The notes under the pieces: model-generated
Database searches by the model: none
The model's input: the letters and a program-made list of their open reading frames with translations, nothing else
Told to the model about the DNA's origin: nothing
In this document: in pieces, positions 8,477-18,274 of the stretch
Layout: each line of letters opens with the position of its first letter
Numbering within the stretch: position 1 is the stretch's first letter
Program-made: the position numbers and the translations under genes
NCBI GenBank assembly: GCA_023489235.1
Contig: JAMDDE010000001.1
Span: forward strand, 14,072-78,071
Origin: Actinomycetota bacterium
GTDB lineage: Bacteria > Actinomycetota > Acidimicrobiia > Acidimicrobiales > JAMDDE01
DNA length: 64,000 bases
Reading direction: 5' to 3'

Positions 8477-9895
8477 ATGTCCGACTTCGCCCCTCATACC
8501 GATGACGACGTCAACTCAATGTTGGAGTTCTTGAACCTTGACTCCATTGCCCAACTATTCGACTCCATACCTCGAGAACTCCGCAACTTCCGACCCCCCT
8601 ACCATCGCCAGGGAATCTCCGAAACTGATCTTATACGCCTATTCGTCGACATATCTGCCAAGAACAACTCCATCGAACAAGGCAAACTCGTGTGTTTTGC
8701 CGGGGGAGGGGCATACGACCATGTAATACCAGCAGTTACTCGATCGCTCTCCTCTCAGAGTGGATTCGTCACCTCGTACACGCCTTATCAAGCAGAGGTG
8801 TCTCAAGGGGTACTACAAGCGCTTTTCGAATTCCAGTCGCTGGTTTCTCGACTTGCAGGCCTGCCTGTGGCCAATGCATCACTTTACGACGGTGCCAGTG
8901 CATGTGCTGAAGCAGTCCGTATGGCTGCTGCCGTAACTGGACGACATGAAGTATGGGTATCAGACGGGCTCAACCCCAACTGGCGCCAGGTGCTGTCCAC
9001 CTACGCTCTTGGTGCGGACCTACATCTGATACGAGCACCACTTGAGGATGGGGTTACGGCTTGGGATCGAATCCTTCCCGATACTGCATATGGACTCGAG
9101 GATCAAGGAAGCACAGCAAGGAGCATGAAGCAATACGTTGATGGTTCCATTGACCCTCCCGCTGCCGTAGTGGTTGCTTACCCAAACTACTTAGGCAATT
9201 TGGAGGATATGGACACTCCGAGAATCATTGCTGATGCGACAGGGGCAGTACTCATAGTTGCATTCGACCCTATTGCTGCTGCGTTGTTGAGATCGGCAGG
9301 GGAGTGGGGGGCCGATGTGGCAGTTGCAGAGGGACAGTGCCTTGGTGTCCCGCTTAGCTACGGTGGCCCTTATCTGGGACTGTTTGCTTGCAAGCAAGAG
9401 TATATACGTAAAATACCAGGTAGAGTAGTAGGGAGAACAGTTGATACGGATGGCCGAGTCGCTTATACCATGACCTTGCGCACGCGCGAACAGGATATCC
9501 GTCGCGAGCGAGCAACATCGAATATATGTACCAACCAAGCACTCATGGCGGTAACTGCTGCCATCCAACTGTCATGGCTCGGCACCTATGGTTTACGCGA
9601 GGTGGCAATTAGATGTGTTAGAGGAGCCAGATACCTAAGAGAGCTGCTCTCCGGAGTGGAGGGTATTGGTTTCTTGAACAACAGGAATTACTTCAGGGAG
9701 TTTGCGGTTACAACCCCCCTCCCGGCACGGGAAGTGGTTGATCGAATGATCGATCATGGTTTTCTTGCTGGTATACCACTCGATCCAGAGCTCGCCAACG
9801 GTGATGATCACGCTCTTTTGATGTCGGTAACAGAGAAGAGAACAGCAGAGGAGATTCAGGCATTCGTCAGAGCCTTGCAAGAAGTCCTAGCTTGA
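8477..9895 (+). CDS. gcvPA: Glycine dehydrogenase (decarboxylating) subunit 1
   Basis: The N-terminal MSDFAPHTDDDVNSMLEFLN... is typical of GcvPA. I chose the ATG at 8477 rather than the track start at 8420, which overlaps gcvT. Confidence 0.92.
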   Translation: MSDFAPHTDDDVNSMLEFLNLDSIAQLFDSIPRELRNFRPPYHRQGISETDLIRLFVDISAKNNSIEQGKLVCFAGGGAYDHVIPAVTRSLSSQSGFVTSYTPYQAEVSQGVLQALFEFQSLVSRLAGLPVANASLYDGASACAEAVRMAAAVTGRHEVWVSDGLNPNWRQVLSTYALGADLHLIRAPLEDGVTAWDRILPDTAYGLEDQGSTARSMKQYVDGSIDPPAAVVVAYPNYLGNLEDMDTPRIIADATGAVLIVAFDPIAAALLRSAGEWGADVAVAEGQCLGVPLSYGGPYLGLFACKQEYIRKIPGRVVGRTVDTDGRVAYTMTLRTREQDIRRERATSNICTNQALMAVTAAIQLSWLGTYGLREVAIRCVRGARYLRELLSGVEGIGFLNNRNYFREFAVTTPLPAREVVDRMIDHGFLAGIPLDPELANGDDHALLMSVTEKRTAEEIQAFVRALQEVLA

Positions 9896-9929
9896 TAGAA
9901 CAAGGCTGGACAAAGCAGACGTCCAGGAG

Positions 9930-11537
9930 ATGACCGGGAACGGAGGAGAAGGCCAACTAGCCATGGATACCGTGGAAAGGAATTCCAACACTTACGACGA
10001 GGATGGGGTGGGTGCCAATGGAGCTGTGGGAGGTGGAAGAGCTTCGAGTGCACCTCTGCTAGGTTCATCATCTGAGCCAACCATCTTGGAGCTGTCCAGG
10101 GTTGGGAGACGGGCATGGTCGCTTCCTGAAACCAACATACCTGAATACCCTCTATCGGATCTGCTTCCTCCCGAGCATTTACGCGATAACCCACTTCCAC
10201 TGGTGGAGTTGTCCGAGAGGGACGTAGTAGCGCATTTCACTCGGTTAGCTCACCGACAGTACAGCATCGACCTCGGAGCATACCCTCTTGGCTCGTGCAC
10301 GATGAAATACAATCCTAAAGTGACGGACGAGATATCTTCTCTTGCCGGTCTTTCCCAAGTTCATCCTGCTGCTTCCGAGAGCATCTCACAAGGATGGCTG
10401 CAACTGCTCGTCGAGCTCGAAGAGGCTTTGTGCGAGATCACCGGGATGCATGCTGCCACGCTTCAACCTCCAGCTGGTGCTGCTGGTGAGCTATGCGGGC
10501 TGCTCCTCATGCGCGCGTGGCATGCCTCTAGAGGGGAGGACAGCACTCGACGCGTTATCGTGATACCCGACTCTGCTCATGGCACTAATCCTGCATCAGT
10601 GAGCATGGCCGGGTTCGAAGTTGCCACTGTTTCCTCCGGCAAAGATGGGTTGGTGGATGAAACCGAGCTCGACTCGGTGCTAAACGAGAATCTGGCTGGG
10701 ATGATGCTTACCAATCCCAATACGTTGGGCTTGTTCGAATCCAACATAGTGCATATCTCCCAGGCTGTTCATGAGGCCGGAGGACTAATGTACTACGACG
10801 GTGCCAACATGAATGCCATCATGGGGATAGCTACCCCTGCTGACATGGGATTCGATATCGTTCACATGAACATGCACAAGACATTCGCCACTCCTCATGG
10901 TGGGGGTGGCCCAGGTGCTGGCCCGGTAGCTGTTACAGAAGGGCTTGCTCCTTTCCTGCCTGGCCCACGCCCAGTAAGAAGTAACGATGATGGGGGACAG
11001 AAGTTCCATTGGGAGATGCCTCCTCGATCTATAGGCAGACTGCATAGCTGGTATGGGAATGCTCTAGTCCTAGCAAGAGCGTATGCATACATACGAATGA
11101 ACGGAGGGGAGGGACTACAAAGAGTTGCTCAGTTGGCAGTACTCAATGCCAACTGGCTGCGCAAGCGAATCTCTTCGACATTTGAGGTACCCTACGGTTC
11201 TGCCGCTATGCACGAGTTCGTCGTATCCCTTGCCAACTTTCACAAACTATATGGAATTCATGCCATGGATGTGGCCAAACGCCTCATAGACAAGGGGTTT
11301 CATCCACCTACTGTAGCCTTCCCACTTATCGTGGAGGAAGCACTCATGATCGAACCAACTGAAACAGAGAGCCCGGAGACCTTGGAGGCATTTGCACGGG
11401 CTTTGGAGGATATTGCCGAGGAACTAGCCTCTGTTGGTCCCGAACCGTTGAAGATGGCTCCACACCATGCTCCGGTAGGTCGTGTCGATGAAGCCCGTGC
11501 AGCACGTAATCCGGTCCTTACCTGGGACATGGAATGA
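9930..11537 (+). CDS. gcvPB: Glycine dehydrogenase (decarboxylating) subunit 2
   Basis: PLP-lysine region HMNMHKTFATPHGGGGPG and GcvPB-like sequence throughout. The start is uncertain because the ORF has an unusually long Gly/Ser-rich N-terminal extension. Confidence 0.9.
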   Translation: MTGNGGEGQLAMDTVERNSNTYDEDGVGANGAVGGGRASSAPLLGSSSEPTILELSRVGRRAWSLPETNIPEYPLSDLLPPEHLRDNPLPLVELSERDVVAHFTRLAHRQYSIDLGAYPLGSCTMKYNPKVTDEISSLAGLSQVHPAASESISQGWLQLLVELEEALCEITGMHAATLQPPAGAAGELCGLLLMRAWHASRGEDSTRRVIVIPDSAHGTNPASVSMAGFEVATVSSGKDGLVDETELDSVLNENLAGMMLTNPNTLGLFESNIVHISQAVHEAGGLMYYDGANMNAIMGIATPADMGFDIVHMNMHKTFATPHGGGGPGAGPVAVTEGLAPFLPGPRPVRSNDDGGQKFHWEMPPRSIGRLHSWYGNALVLARAYAYIRMNGGEGLQRVAQLAVLNANWLRKRISSTFEVPYGSAAMHEFVVSLANFHKLYGIHAMDVAKRLIDKGFHPPTVAFPLIVEEALMIEPTETESPETLEAFARALEDIAEELASVGPEPLKMAPHHAPVGRVDEARAARNPVLTWDME

Positions 11538-11579
11538 CCTGACTGGTCAGTGAATAAACGGCCTCGATTTCATGAAACC

Positions 11580-12131
11580 TCATGGGGTCCGGTTCTGATC
11601 AGGTAGTGCATCCACTACCACAGTAGAAGCAGCGTAGTCATGCCAGGCCAATCGTTTGGCATCGAACAACGGAGAGAAGGCATCGAGAATCAGTGGAACA
11701 AGGAAAAGCCAGTAAGCTACCAAAATGACCAAGTAGCGTATAACTGCCTTGTGCAATAGAACTCTGCCGCCAGTCCTGCGATCACGCACTTGGATGCCGA
11801 CCAATCGCTTGCCCAAGGTCTGACCTGAGTCTGAAGCCGTCAAGAGAGCAAAGTACCCGAGGAAGACCACGATGAACACTACGCCCAACACCCCTTCAGC
11901 GGCGGGTGAGAGCGGAGGCACTCCGGCGTTGGTACGAGCAAATGAATGAGCTGGTGATGTCGTCCTGACTACATGGTTTGTAAGTACTATCAAGTCAATT
12001 ATGAAGCACAGGATCGACACAATGACCATGTCAACTATGAAAGCTAGGAATCGTCGCCACCAACTTACAGGAGATACCACATAGTCAAAGCTTTCATAGG
12101 GTCTAGCTACATTGGGCATTGCAGTTGCCAT
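11580..12131 (-). CDS. RDD-family membrane protein
   Basis: WWRRFLAFIVDMVIVSI-type N-terminal segment, three or more TM helices and conserved R/D positions, consistent with the RDD family. Confidence 0.7.
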   Translation of the reverse strand: MATAMPNVARPYESFDYVVSPVSWWRRFLAFIVDMVIVSILCFIIDLIVLTNHVVRTTSPAHSFARTNAGVPPLSPAAEGVLGVVFIVVFLGYFALLTASDSGQTLGKRLVGIQVRDRRTGGRVLLHKAVIRYLVILVAYWLFLVPLILDAFSPLFDAKRLAWHDYAASTVVVDALPDQNRTP

Positions 12132-12425
12132 TGTACATACAGGAAAGATTAGCTATCTCGACACCGCTCGAGGACCTGTAAACGAGGACCTGCAAAACTC
12201 GAGGAAAGCCCCCTCGGAACCCTCTACCCTTTTACTTGACATAACGGATATTATCGGCGCAACTCAAGAAGCTCTTCACGCTGCTCTCGAAGCACATCCA
12301 AAGCATATCCCCGAAGTGGACTGTTCAATATCCCCGAACCTGGATCGCCAAACCTACTGGACATCAAACCTATTAGCACCCATGCAGTCTACGAACCCAC
12401 GAAGCGAACCGTCTTAGCTCAAGTG

Positions 12426-14063
12426 TTACGGTGCGGGTTTGGCACCAAGCGTCACAGTAACGGTCTTGTGTATTATTCCACGGTATATGCCAATGCTTAC
12501 CCGGTTCCCTGGCTGTTGATTGGCTAAATCAGCCACCAAGGAACTAGCCGAGGTGACTGGTTTGCCGTTGAAGGAGACGATGATATCACCAACCTCCAAC
12601 CCTGCTCGTGATGCTGGAGTGCCAGGCAGTACATCTACAATTACCGCTCCATGATTTGGCATGAAACCATACTGCTGACGTAGCTGGGGGGTCAAGGTGA
12701 CGATATCGACACCTATGTAGGCATTGCTTTGATGTACGCCGCCTCTCAAGAGCTGAGGAAGTAGGCTCTTTATGCGATCAACTGGGATAGCAAAGCCAAT
12801 ATTCTGCGCAGGAGCATTGCCCGCGCTACTGCCTGCGACTGCGGTATTCATGCCAATTACCTGTCCCGCGCTGTTGACCAATGGTCCCCCGGAGTTGCCG
12901 GAGTTAATTGCAGCATCCGTTTGGAGCATATCCGTCAAGGTCTCTGTTTGTCCGGTGACGGGATCAGAGGCCTGTACTGTGCGACCCATAGCTGAGATGA
13001 TTCCCTGGGTTACCGTCAATCCGCCAGGAAGTCCTAGAGCATTGCCTATGGCCACAACGGCATCGCCAACCTGAACGGTGGAGGAATTGCCCAAAGTGAC
13101 AGTGGGTAGATTGGAAACACCTTTGATCTTGAGCAAGGCAATGTCGTCAGCAGGATCAGTGCCTATCAAAGTAGCAGGCATGGAATGAGTGTGGCCCATC
13201 AAGGTGACCGATATAGAGGTAGCTCCTGCTATGACGTGATTGTTGGTTACCACCTCGCCAGATGGACTGATGATCATACCCGTTCCCTCGTCCTCCACTA
13301 CCGAACCATTGGTGGAGGAACCTCCGAATGGAAATATGTTGAACGGAAAATTATTTGGTGCAATCGTCGAGGACGACTGTGAAATGGCTTTTATGGAAAC
13401 CACGGCAGGCAAGACCTTATGGATTATGGAGGGAATAGATGCACTTTCGGTAAGCATGGCCGGACCAGAACTCCCACCGGTAACCTCTACCACCGTGTTG
13501 GACTTTCCGCTGGCAACCTCCTTGGAAACCCCAAAGCTCACTGCAGCGCCAACTAGAGCCGCAATTAATGCCACTACCACCAACGAGCGAAATGTCCTCT
13601 GTGCCGGCCTCGCTCTACCTCCGCCCCACTGCCCCCCTCCGGAGGAGCTGGCACCTCCCTCACCCGGTGGTATCGGTGGTATAGGCGCTCCTGGACCATA
13701 GTTGCCATGAGTTACATGGGGTGCTTCCGCAGAAGGCCCTGACTCGGCAGAGTAAGAAGGGCTGAAAGGAGCATTAATGCTACCAGTTATTGGTACATAG
13801 TAGCCTGAGGGCGACTCCTCCTCTACCCTTCCTGGAGAAGTAGGTTCCTCTGGCTGCATTGGACCCTCTTGTGAGCTGGCCCCTATTTTGCTCGGCTCAC
13901 TTGGTTGATTCGTACCTTCTTGTTGATTCGTACCTTCTCCTACAAAGGGAATTGGTTTGGTCGGTTGATCTTCACCTTGCCCTATTGGAGAGGTGAAGCT
14001 GCTGGAACCACTGGTTTCATCTCTGTCATCTCTGTGATTTTCGAACTCGTTATCAATTCCCAT
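12426..14063 (-). CDS. htrA: HtrA/DegP-family trypsin-like serine protease with PDZ domain
   Basis: Disordered Pro/Gly-rich N-terminus and one TM helix. Catalytic triad contexts are TNNHV, DIALLK and GNSGGPL, followed by a C-terminal PDZ-like region. Confidence 0.9.
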   Translation of the reverse strand: MGIDNEFENHRDDRDETSGSSSFTSPIGQGEDQPTKPIPFVGEGTNQQEGTNQPSEPSKIGASSQEGPMQPEEPTSPGRVEEESPSGYYVPITGSINAPFSPSYSAESGPSAEAPHVTHGNYGPGAPIPPIPPGEGGASSSGGGQWGGGRARPAQRTFRSLVVVALIAALVGAAVSFGVSKEVASGKSNTVVEVTGGSSGPAMLTESASIPSIIHKVLPAVVSIKAISQSSSTIAPNNFPFNIFPFGGSSTNGSVVEDEGTGMIISPSGEVVTNNHVIAGATSISVTLMGHTHSMPATLIGTDPADDIALLKIKGVSNLPTVTLGNSSTVQVGDAVVAIGNALGLPGGLTVTQGIISAMGRTVQASDPVTGQTETLTDMLQTDAAINSGNSGGPLVNSAGQVIGMNTAVAGSSAGNAPAQNIGFAIPVDRIKSLLPQLLRGGVHQSNAYIGVDIVTLTPQLRQQYGFMPNHGAVIVDVLPGTPASRAGLEVGDIIVSFNGKPVTSASSLVADLANQQPGNRVSIGIYRGIIHKTVTVTLGAKPAP

Positions 14064-14358
14064 GACGACTTCCCTCTATTCGACCTTAACTGAGGAACTC
14101 CCCTCACGAAGCTTCAGCCTTGTCAACTATCCTTCCAAGTATTTATTAATACCCTCTCAATCTAAGAGGATGTTTAATGTTTCCCAAGAATGCCTTAGAA
14201 ATATTGGACTACAACACCCTGCCAGTTGCACAAGGCAGTATTCCCTCTTTTGAAAAGTTTAGCGTTCCTAGCTATCCTCAGAACTTCGGTTGGTTAATAT
14301 ACCTGCAGGGCCAGGATGTTCGTATGCTGTCTGTTCAGGCTGTAAGTTAAAGTTTGTA

Positions 14359-15645
14359 ATGAGTTACCGGATCGACATAGAGCTTACTAGCGCGCGCGAT
14401 GATGGCATGTGGACATGGCGAGCGGCTGGGGCACGCCAACCTAAGGGTCTTCTTGACGCGCGTCTCTTATACGAGGGTGCTGGGGTAGGAGATGTCGTCA
14501 AGGCAGAGGTGGAGTCCGGCTTGGACGGTATTGAGGTGATAACCGTACTGCCACCGAAACCCAAACGCGACGAACCCGAGAAAATAATCTTGCTCAGCCC
14601 GAAGCGAGATGGGGTATCGCGCTCCAAATCTCGAGATACCTCTTACAGGGAGGAGGGTGGAACTTCAAGCAAGGTTCTCGAACACTCCAAACCGGAAGCA
14701 ACCTCCCCACCCCGTAGAGGCGACTCCAAGGGTCCTCGCAAGGATCGCCTGGCAGCAAGGGGAAAGTCACGCCCGAAAGTTCATGCAGAGGAATCTACAA
14801 CGACGGCTCCCACTGACGAGGTTGCCGGATCAGAGGATACTCAGAGTGTGCAGTCAACCAGTACAGCAACTCGCCGTCAGCCGCGACGGGTTGTTCCTGG
14901 TCGTCGCCACCGTAAAGAACTTCTGAACAAATTACCGGTTGAACAACGACCAATAGCTGAGCAGTTGCTAAGAGGTGGAATACCAGCAGTCAGACAAGCT
15001 ATTGAGCAACAGAACGAAGCACTACGCAAAGAAGGTAGACCGGAGATCTCTCCAGAGCCTTTGCTGGCCATGGCAGAAACCCTTTGGCCCCAGGTCAACT
15101 CTGCTACCTGGCTTGATCGAGCTGAAGCAGTGCTGCGAGATCCTTCATCAGTTGGCATGAGAGATCTGCGAGCTATAGTAGCTAGCGCGGGAACCGTCAT
15201 CCTGAACGAAACAGGGAGAAAGCTCGCCTCAGAGCTTCGCTCCATGCTGGAGGAGAGAGTTTCCCAACGTAGGCAGAGGTGGCTCGAGGATATCTCCCAT
15301 GATCTAGAGGAAGGGGCAGTGCTACGCGCCCTGAAACGTTCTTCCAGACCTCCTGATGGAGGAGCTCGTTTCCCAGCAGAGCTGGCCTTGAGATTGGCAG
15401 AGGCAGCCGGTCAGGCAATGAATGAAACTACTCCTGCTCCAGTTTGGCGCGAGCTTCTCGAGGCTGTCTTGACCTCACCTGTCCGGCGAACCGTCAAACC
15501 GGTCGGACTACCCGTAGATGCGGATCAAGATCTCAAAGTAGCTGCTCGCGGAGCCTCTGGCCAGATTCCGGCCCTTGCTTCTTTGTTAGGGATTGCCATG
15601 CCTCCCCCACCTCATCCTCCCAAGATATCCAGAACCTCGAAATAA
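14359..15645 (+). CDS. Conserved hypothetical protein (small N-terminal domain, basic disordered centre, helical C-terminal domain)
   Basis: Long ORF with window-typical composition. I prefer the ATG at 14359 (MSYRIDIELTS...) to the track start at 14290. I recognise no family. Confidence 0.55.
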   Translation: MSYRIDIELTSARDDGMWTWRAAGARQPKGLLDARLLYEGAGVGDVVKAEVESGLDGIEVITVLPPKPKRDEPEKIILLSPKRDGVSRSKSRDTSYREEGGTSSKVLEHSKPEATSPPRRGDSKGPRKDRLAARGKSRPKVHAEESTTTAPTDEVAGSEDTQSVQSTSTATRRQPRRVVPGRRHRKELLNKLPVEQRPIAEQLLRGGIPAVRQAIEQQNEALRKEGRPEISPEPLLAMAETLWPQVNSATWLDRAEAVLRDPSSVGMRDLRAIVASAGTVILNETGRKLASELRSMLEERVSQRRQRWLEDISHDLEEGAVLRALKRSSRPPDGGARFPAELALRLAEAAGQAMNETTPAPVWRELLEAVLTSPVRRTVKPVGLPVDADQDLKVAARGASGQIPALASLLGIAMPPPPHPPKISRTSK

Positions 15646-15674
15646 TTAAATAATTATTAAAGATAATTAGGGAG

Positions 15675-16109
15675 TCAAGATAGGCCGTCGTACAAGCGTA
15701 CAGATTCCTCGTGCTTGAGTACGGTATCGTTGAGAAAGTCCATCAACCCATCGGTCATGTCTGGATACGGAAGTGCATTCAACTCAACCCACTTCAGATC
15801 TGAAGCATCATCAGCTGCAATGGCCTGTTCAGTAATGGGCGCATCCACATTGAAATCAAATATTGCAAAGTTGTGCCCCTCTCCTCTGCGCTCGACAAAG
15901 CCCACCAGGGAGCCGCACCGAACATTCAAGCCGGTCTCTTCGGCTATCTCACGCTCCAACGCCCTTTGCAAGCTCTCTCCTGGTTTGACCTTTCCACCCG
16001 GTAGGGACCACCTGCCCTTTTGAGGCTCATGTCCTCTCTGAACAAGAAGAATGTGCCCTTGTCGTATTACGACTCCCCCAACCGCTATCTCGAAGCAATC
16101 AATGCTCAT
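15675..16109 (-). CDS. NUDIX hydrolase
   Basis: Nudix box GGKVKPGESLQRALEREIAEETGL. Confidence 0.85.
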   Translation of the reverse strand: MSIDCFEIAVGGVVIRQGHILLVQRGHEPQKGRWSLPGGKVKPGESLQRALEREIAEETGLNVRCGSLVGFVERRGEGHNFAIFDFNVDAPITEQAIAADDASDLKWVELNALPYPDMTDGLMDFLNDTVLKHEESVRLYDGLS

Positions 16110-16704
16110 CTAGCAACTGGCTGGCCTTGTTCAGGATCGTACGTCTTGCTCGATGAGTCATCTCGTACTCTTTGACCGTCCTGAGCTCCTCCATGGACAA
16201 TCCCTCCAAGCGTTGCACTACCTGCGAAGCAGAGAGCGCATCATAACCTGGAATAGCTAGATCCTTCTCCTCAACGCCTCCTTCGCTTACGTCCACTTTG
16301 TACCTGTTGCTGGCCTCACCTTCTTTATCGACTGACTTGACCTCTGTCGTAGGGTTATCGCTAACCTTGTGTTGGTCCACAGGAGTCGATGTGGAAGCAT
16401 CGTCATGATGCTGGTCGGGCTGACGTTGCTCAGCGCGTTGGTTCGGATATTTGAAGCCCAGATAGCGATCTAATCCAGCAGAAAGTACCTGCTTGATGTG
16501 TTTGTCTACTCGCTGGATCCCATAGTTGGCAGCCAGTTCACCTACTGTCCTGGCTGTGGCTAGCTGTGCTTCGATACGAGTGCGACCCTTGGATGCAAGC
16601 TTAGGCACCTCTTCGGAGGTAGCAATAGCTAGCCCAATAGGAGCATATACGAGTACATCTAGTACTCTTTCCACAGTTGAACGTTCATTTGAAGCGCTAG
16701 TCAA
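16099..16704 (-). CDS. Conserved hypothetical protein
   Basis: 201-aa ORF overlapping the Nudix start by 11 nt. The C-terminal IPGYDALSASQVVQRLEGLSMEELRTVKEYE...RRTIL segment resembles a motif seen in actinobacterial proteins of unknown function. Confidence 0.55.
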   Translation of the reverse strand: MTSASNERSTVERVLDVLVYAPIGLAIATSEEVPKLASKGRTRIEAQLATARTVGELAANYGIQRVDKHIKQVLSAGLDRYLGFKYPNQRAEQRQPDQHHDDASTSTPVDQHKVSDNPTTEVKSVDKEGEASNRYKVDVSEGGVEEKDLAIPGYDALSASQVVQRLEGLSMEELRTVKEYEMTHRARRTILNKASQLLDEH

Positions 16705-16777
16705 GAAGTATCCTCCTTATTCAACTAGACTAGCTTCATCCTAGGTGATACCGTCATCATCCTAATGGAGCCGTTGT

Positions 16778-17293
16778 TCAAACGCAGTCGCGACACAATC
16801 CTCGCTCCGGGTCGGCCAACTGACTCATCCTCTTGACCAAGAAACAAGACTGGCAGACGAACTCACCTGGTTGCTTCGGCAACACTTTCCTGATTCCTTC
16901 TCCCCTATCCTCGTCTAGCTCGACGTCCTCTTCGTCATCTATGAGCTCTTCATCCTCATCAATCAGTCTTTCCTTCAATATGACGTCCAGACTTGCCTCT
17001 ACGTCATCCTCGTCGAGCTCGTCGTCCTCATCCTCTTCTGGCTCTTCTTCACTGAGTGAACGCAGGCCTGTTGGAGTGACCACCTCCTCGATCTCTGTGT
17101 CGTCGACGATGTCTTCGTCGGTCAAGTCTTCCAAGTCATCGTCCATGTCGACGATGTCTTCGTCGGTCAAGTCTTCCAAGTCATCGTCCATGTCGACGAT
17201 GTCTTCGTCGGTCAAGTCTTCCAAGTCATCGTCCAACTCAGATGGTTTAGATCCCTTGTTCGACTTGTCTTTGCCATTAGTTCGTCTTGCCAT
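16778..17293 (-). CDS. DUF4193-family protein with an expanded acidic repeat N-terminus
   Basis: The C-terminal VLPKQPGEFVCQSCFLVKRMSQLA...CRDC matches the remembered DUF4193 signature (PKQxDEFxCxSCFLVxxxSQLA...CRDC). The N-terminus is extremely acidic. Confidence 0.75.
   Translation of the reverse strand: MARRTNGKDKSNKGSKPSELDDDLEDLTDEDIVDMDDDLEDLTDEDIVDMDDDLEDLTDEDIVDDTEIEEVVTPTGLRSLSEEEPEEDEDDELDEDDVEASLDVILKERLIDEDEELIDDEEDVELDEDRGEGIRKVLPKQPGEFVCQSCFLVKRMSQLADPERGLCRDCV
17102..17235. repeat. Perfect 45-bp tandem repeat, about 3 copies, inside the DUF4193 gene
   Basis: Unit gtcgacgatgtcttcgtcggtcaagtcttccaagtcatcgtccat starts at 17102, 17147 and 17192. It encodes (D)DLEDLTDEDIVDMD three times. 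Confidence 0.95.
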
Positions 17294-17562
17294 GTACTCC
17301 TCCGGTATTTCGTCTGCCGGATCATATACGAATCAAAGTCGTACTGCTACACGATATACCACAAATATCAAAATACGCTCTTTACCAGCAGTAATATATC
17401 AATGAAGTCTTGTCCACCTTAAGTAGATGATATGCGGTTGATGATACGCTTGAGAACAAGTAGCCGTCACGGAAGATCCAAGTATATGCAGTGCCTTAAA
17501 GATCAAAACTACCGAAGAACATTCTCGAGGCTTGATTCGCCAAGGAAGAGGTAATTGCTTCG

Positions 17563-18204
17563 ATGGACAGCACCCGTCACCTCACCGACGCGGCTAGAAG
17601 CGGAGCGTCGTTGAAACGCGCCCTGATAGTACCATTGGCAATAGTCATCGTCCTCCTCATTGCCTTTGTCGGTATGGCCATTACGACATCACCAGTCAAA
17701 TCAGTTGGGTTACCCCAGCGGAAAGTACTTGCTGGGTTGCCCACTACTCCTATTGTCAACTATTTGAAGACTCTGTCCAAAGACGGTGAACCTCCTCTGC
17801 CAAATGACGTAGCTCATGCTCTTTTGGTGCCGGAAGGGTCTCATCTCCTTCGCGCAACGAGCATTGGAGCAGGGGTTACCCAGTACGATGTCAAAGAGAT
17901 CCTATATGTCCCCTATCCGTACTACAAAGTATCTCAGTTCTTTCAAGACATTATCTCCGATTATCATTGGTCGAGATTAGAAAACCGAGTATCCGATGCC
18001 ACTGGTGCACTACAGCTCCTTGCGCAACGGCCCAGCAGTGACGGATATTACTGGGAAGTACATATTACAGTAGTATCGACAACATCCTCTGCTAACCTCG
18101 TCCCACTCTCTGAGCTCCCCAGTTATGTTCTACAAAATACTCGGAAAGGAGAGCATGCTAGTGAAGTTGGCTTGCACCTGTTGGAGGTAACTGTAGAGTC
18201 CTGA
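17563..18204 (+). CDS. Membrane-anchored hypothetical protein
   Basis: 213-aa ORF with one N-terminal TM helix (ALIVPLAIVIVLLIAFVGMAI). I recognise no family. Confidence 0.5.
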   Translation: MDSTRHLTDAARSGASLKRALIVPLAIVIVLLIAFVGMAITTSPVKSVGLPQRKVLAGLPTTPIVNYLKTLSKDGEPPLPNDVAHALLVPEGSHLLRATSIGAGVTQYDVKEILYVPYPYYKVSQFFQDIISDYHWSRLENRVSDATGALQLLAQRPSSDGYYWEVHITVVSTTSSANLVPLSELPSYVLQNTRKGEHASEVGLHLLEVTVES

Positions 18205-18215
18205 TCCTTCACTCC

Positions 18216-18235
18216 CTGTTCTTTCAGAGGAACAG
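18216..18235. terminator. Weak hairpin between convergent genes
   Basis: ctgttc-tttcagag-gaacag gives a 6-bp stem with an 8-nt loop. There is no clear U-tract. Confidence 0.25.
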
Positions 18236-18274
18236 TTACGACTATGTTCCGGGTGAACTGTACAAATTGACAAC

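Noticed and set aside
12112-12417. 101-aa plus-strand ORF filling the RDD-htrA gap
   Set aside because: It overlaps the RDD gene start in antisense. I could find no RBS, TM segment, motif or family, so I cannot support it as a gene. The gap more plausibly holds the promoter and 5' UTR of the RDD gene.
13240-13701. 153-aa plus-strand ORF (with neighbouring ORFs at 12772-13074 and 13185-13382)
   Set aside because: It lies entirely antisense to the HtrA protease gene, whose catalytic motifs clearly define the true frame.
16833-17405. 190-aa Ser-rich ORF on the plus strand
   Set aside because: It is the antisense reading of the GA(T/C)/GAG-rich acidic repeat gene (DUF4193 protein). The low-complexity poly-Ser is a mirror artefact, whereas the minus-strand product has a recognisable conserved C-terminal domain.
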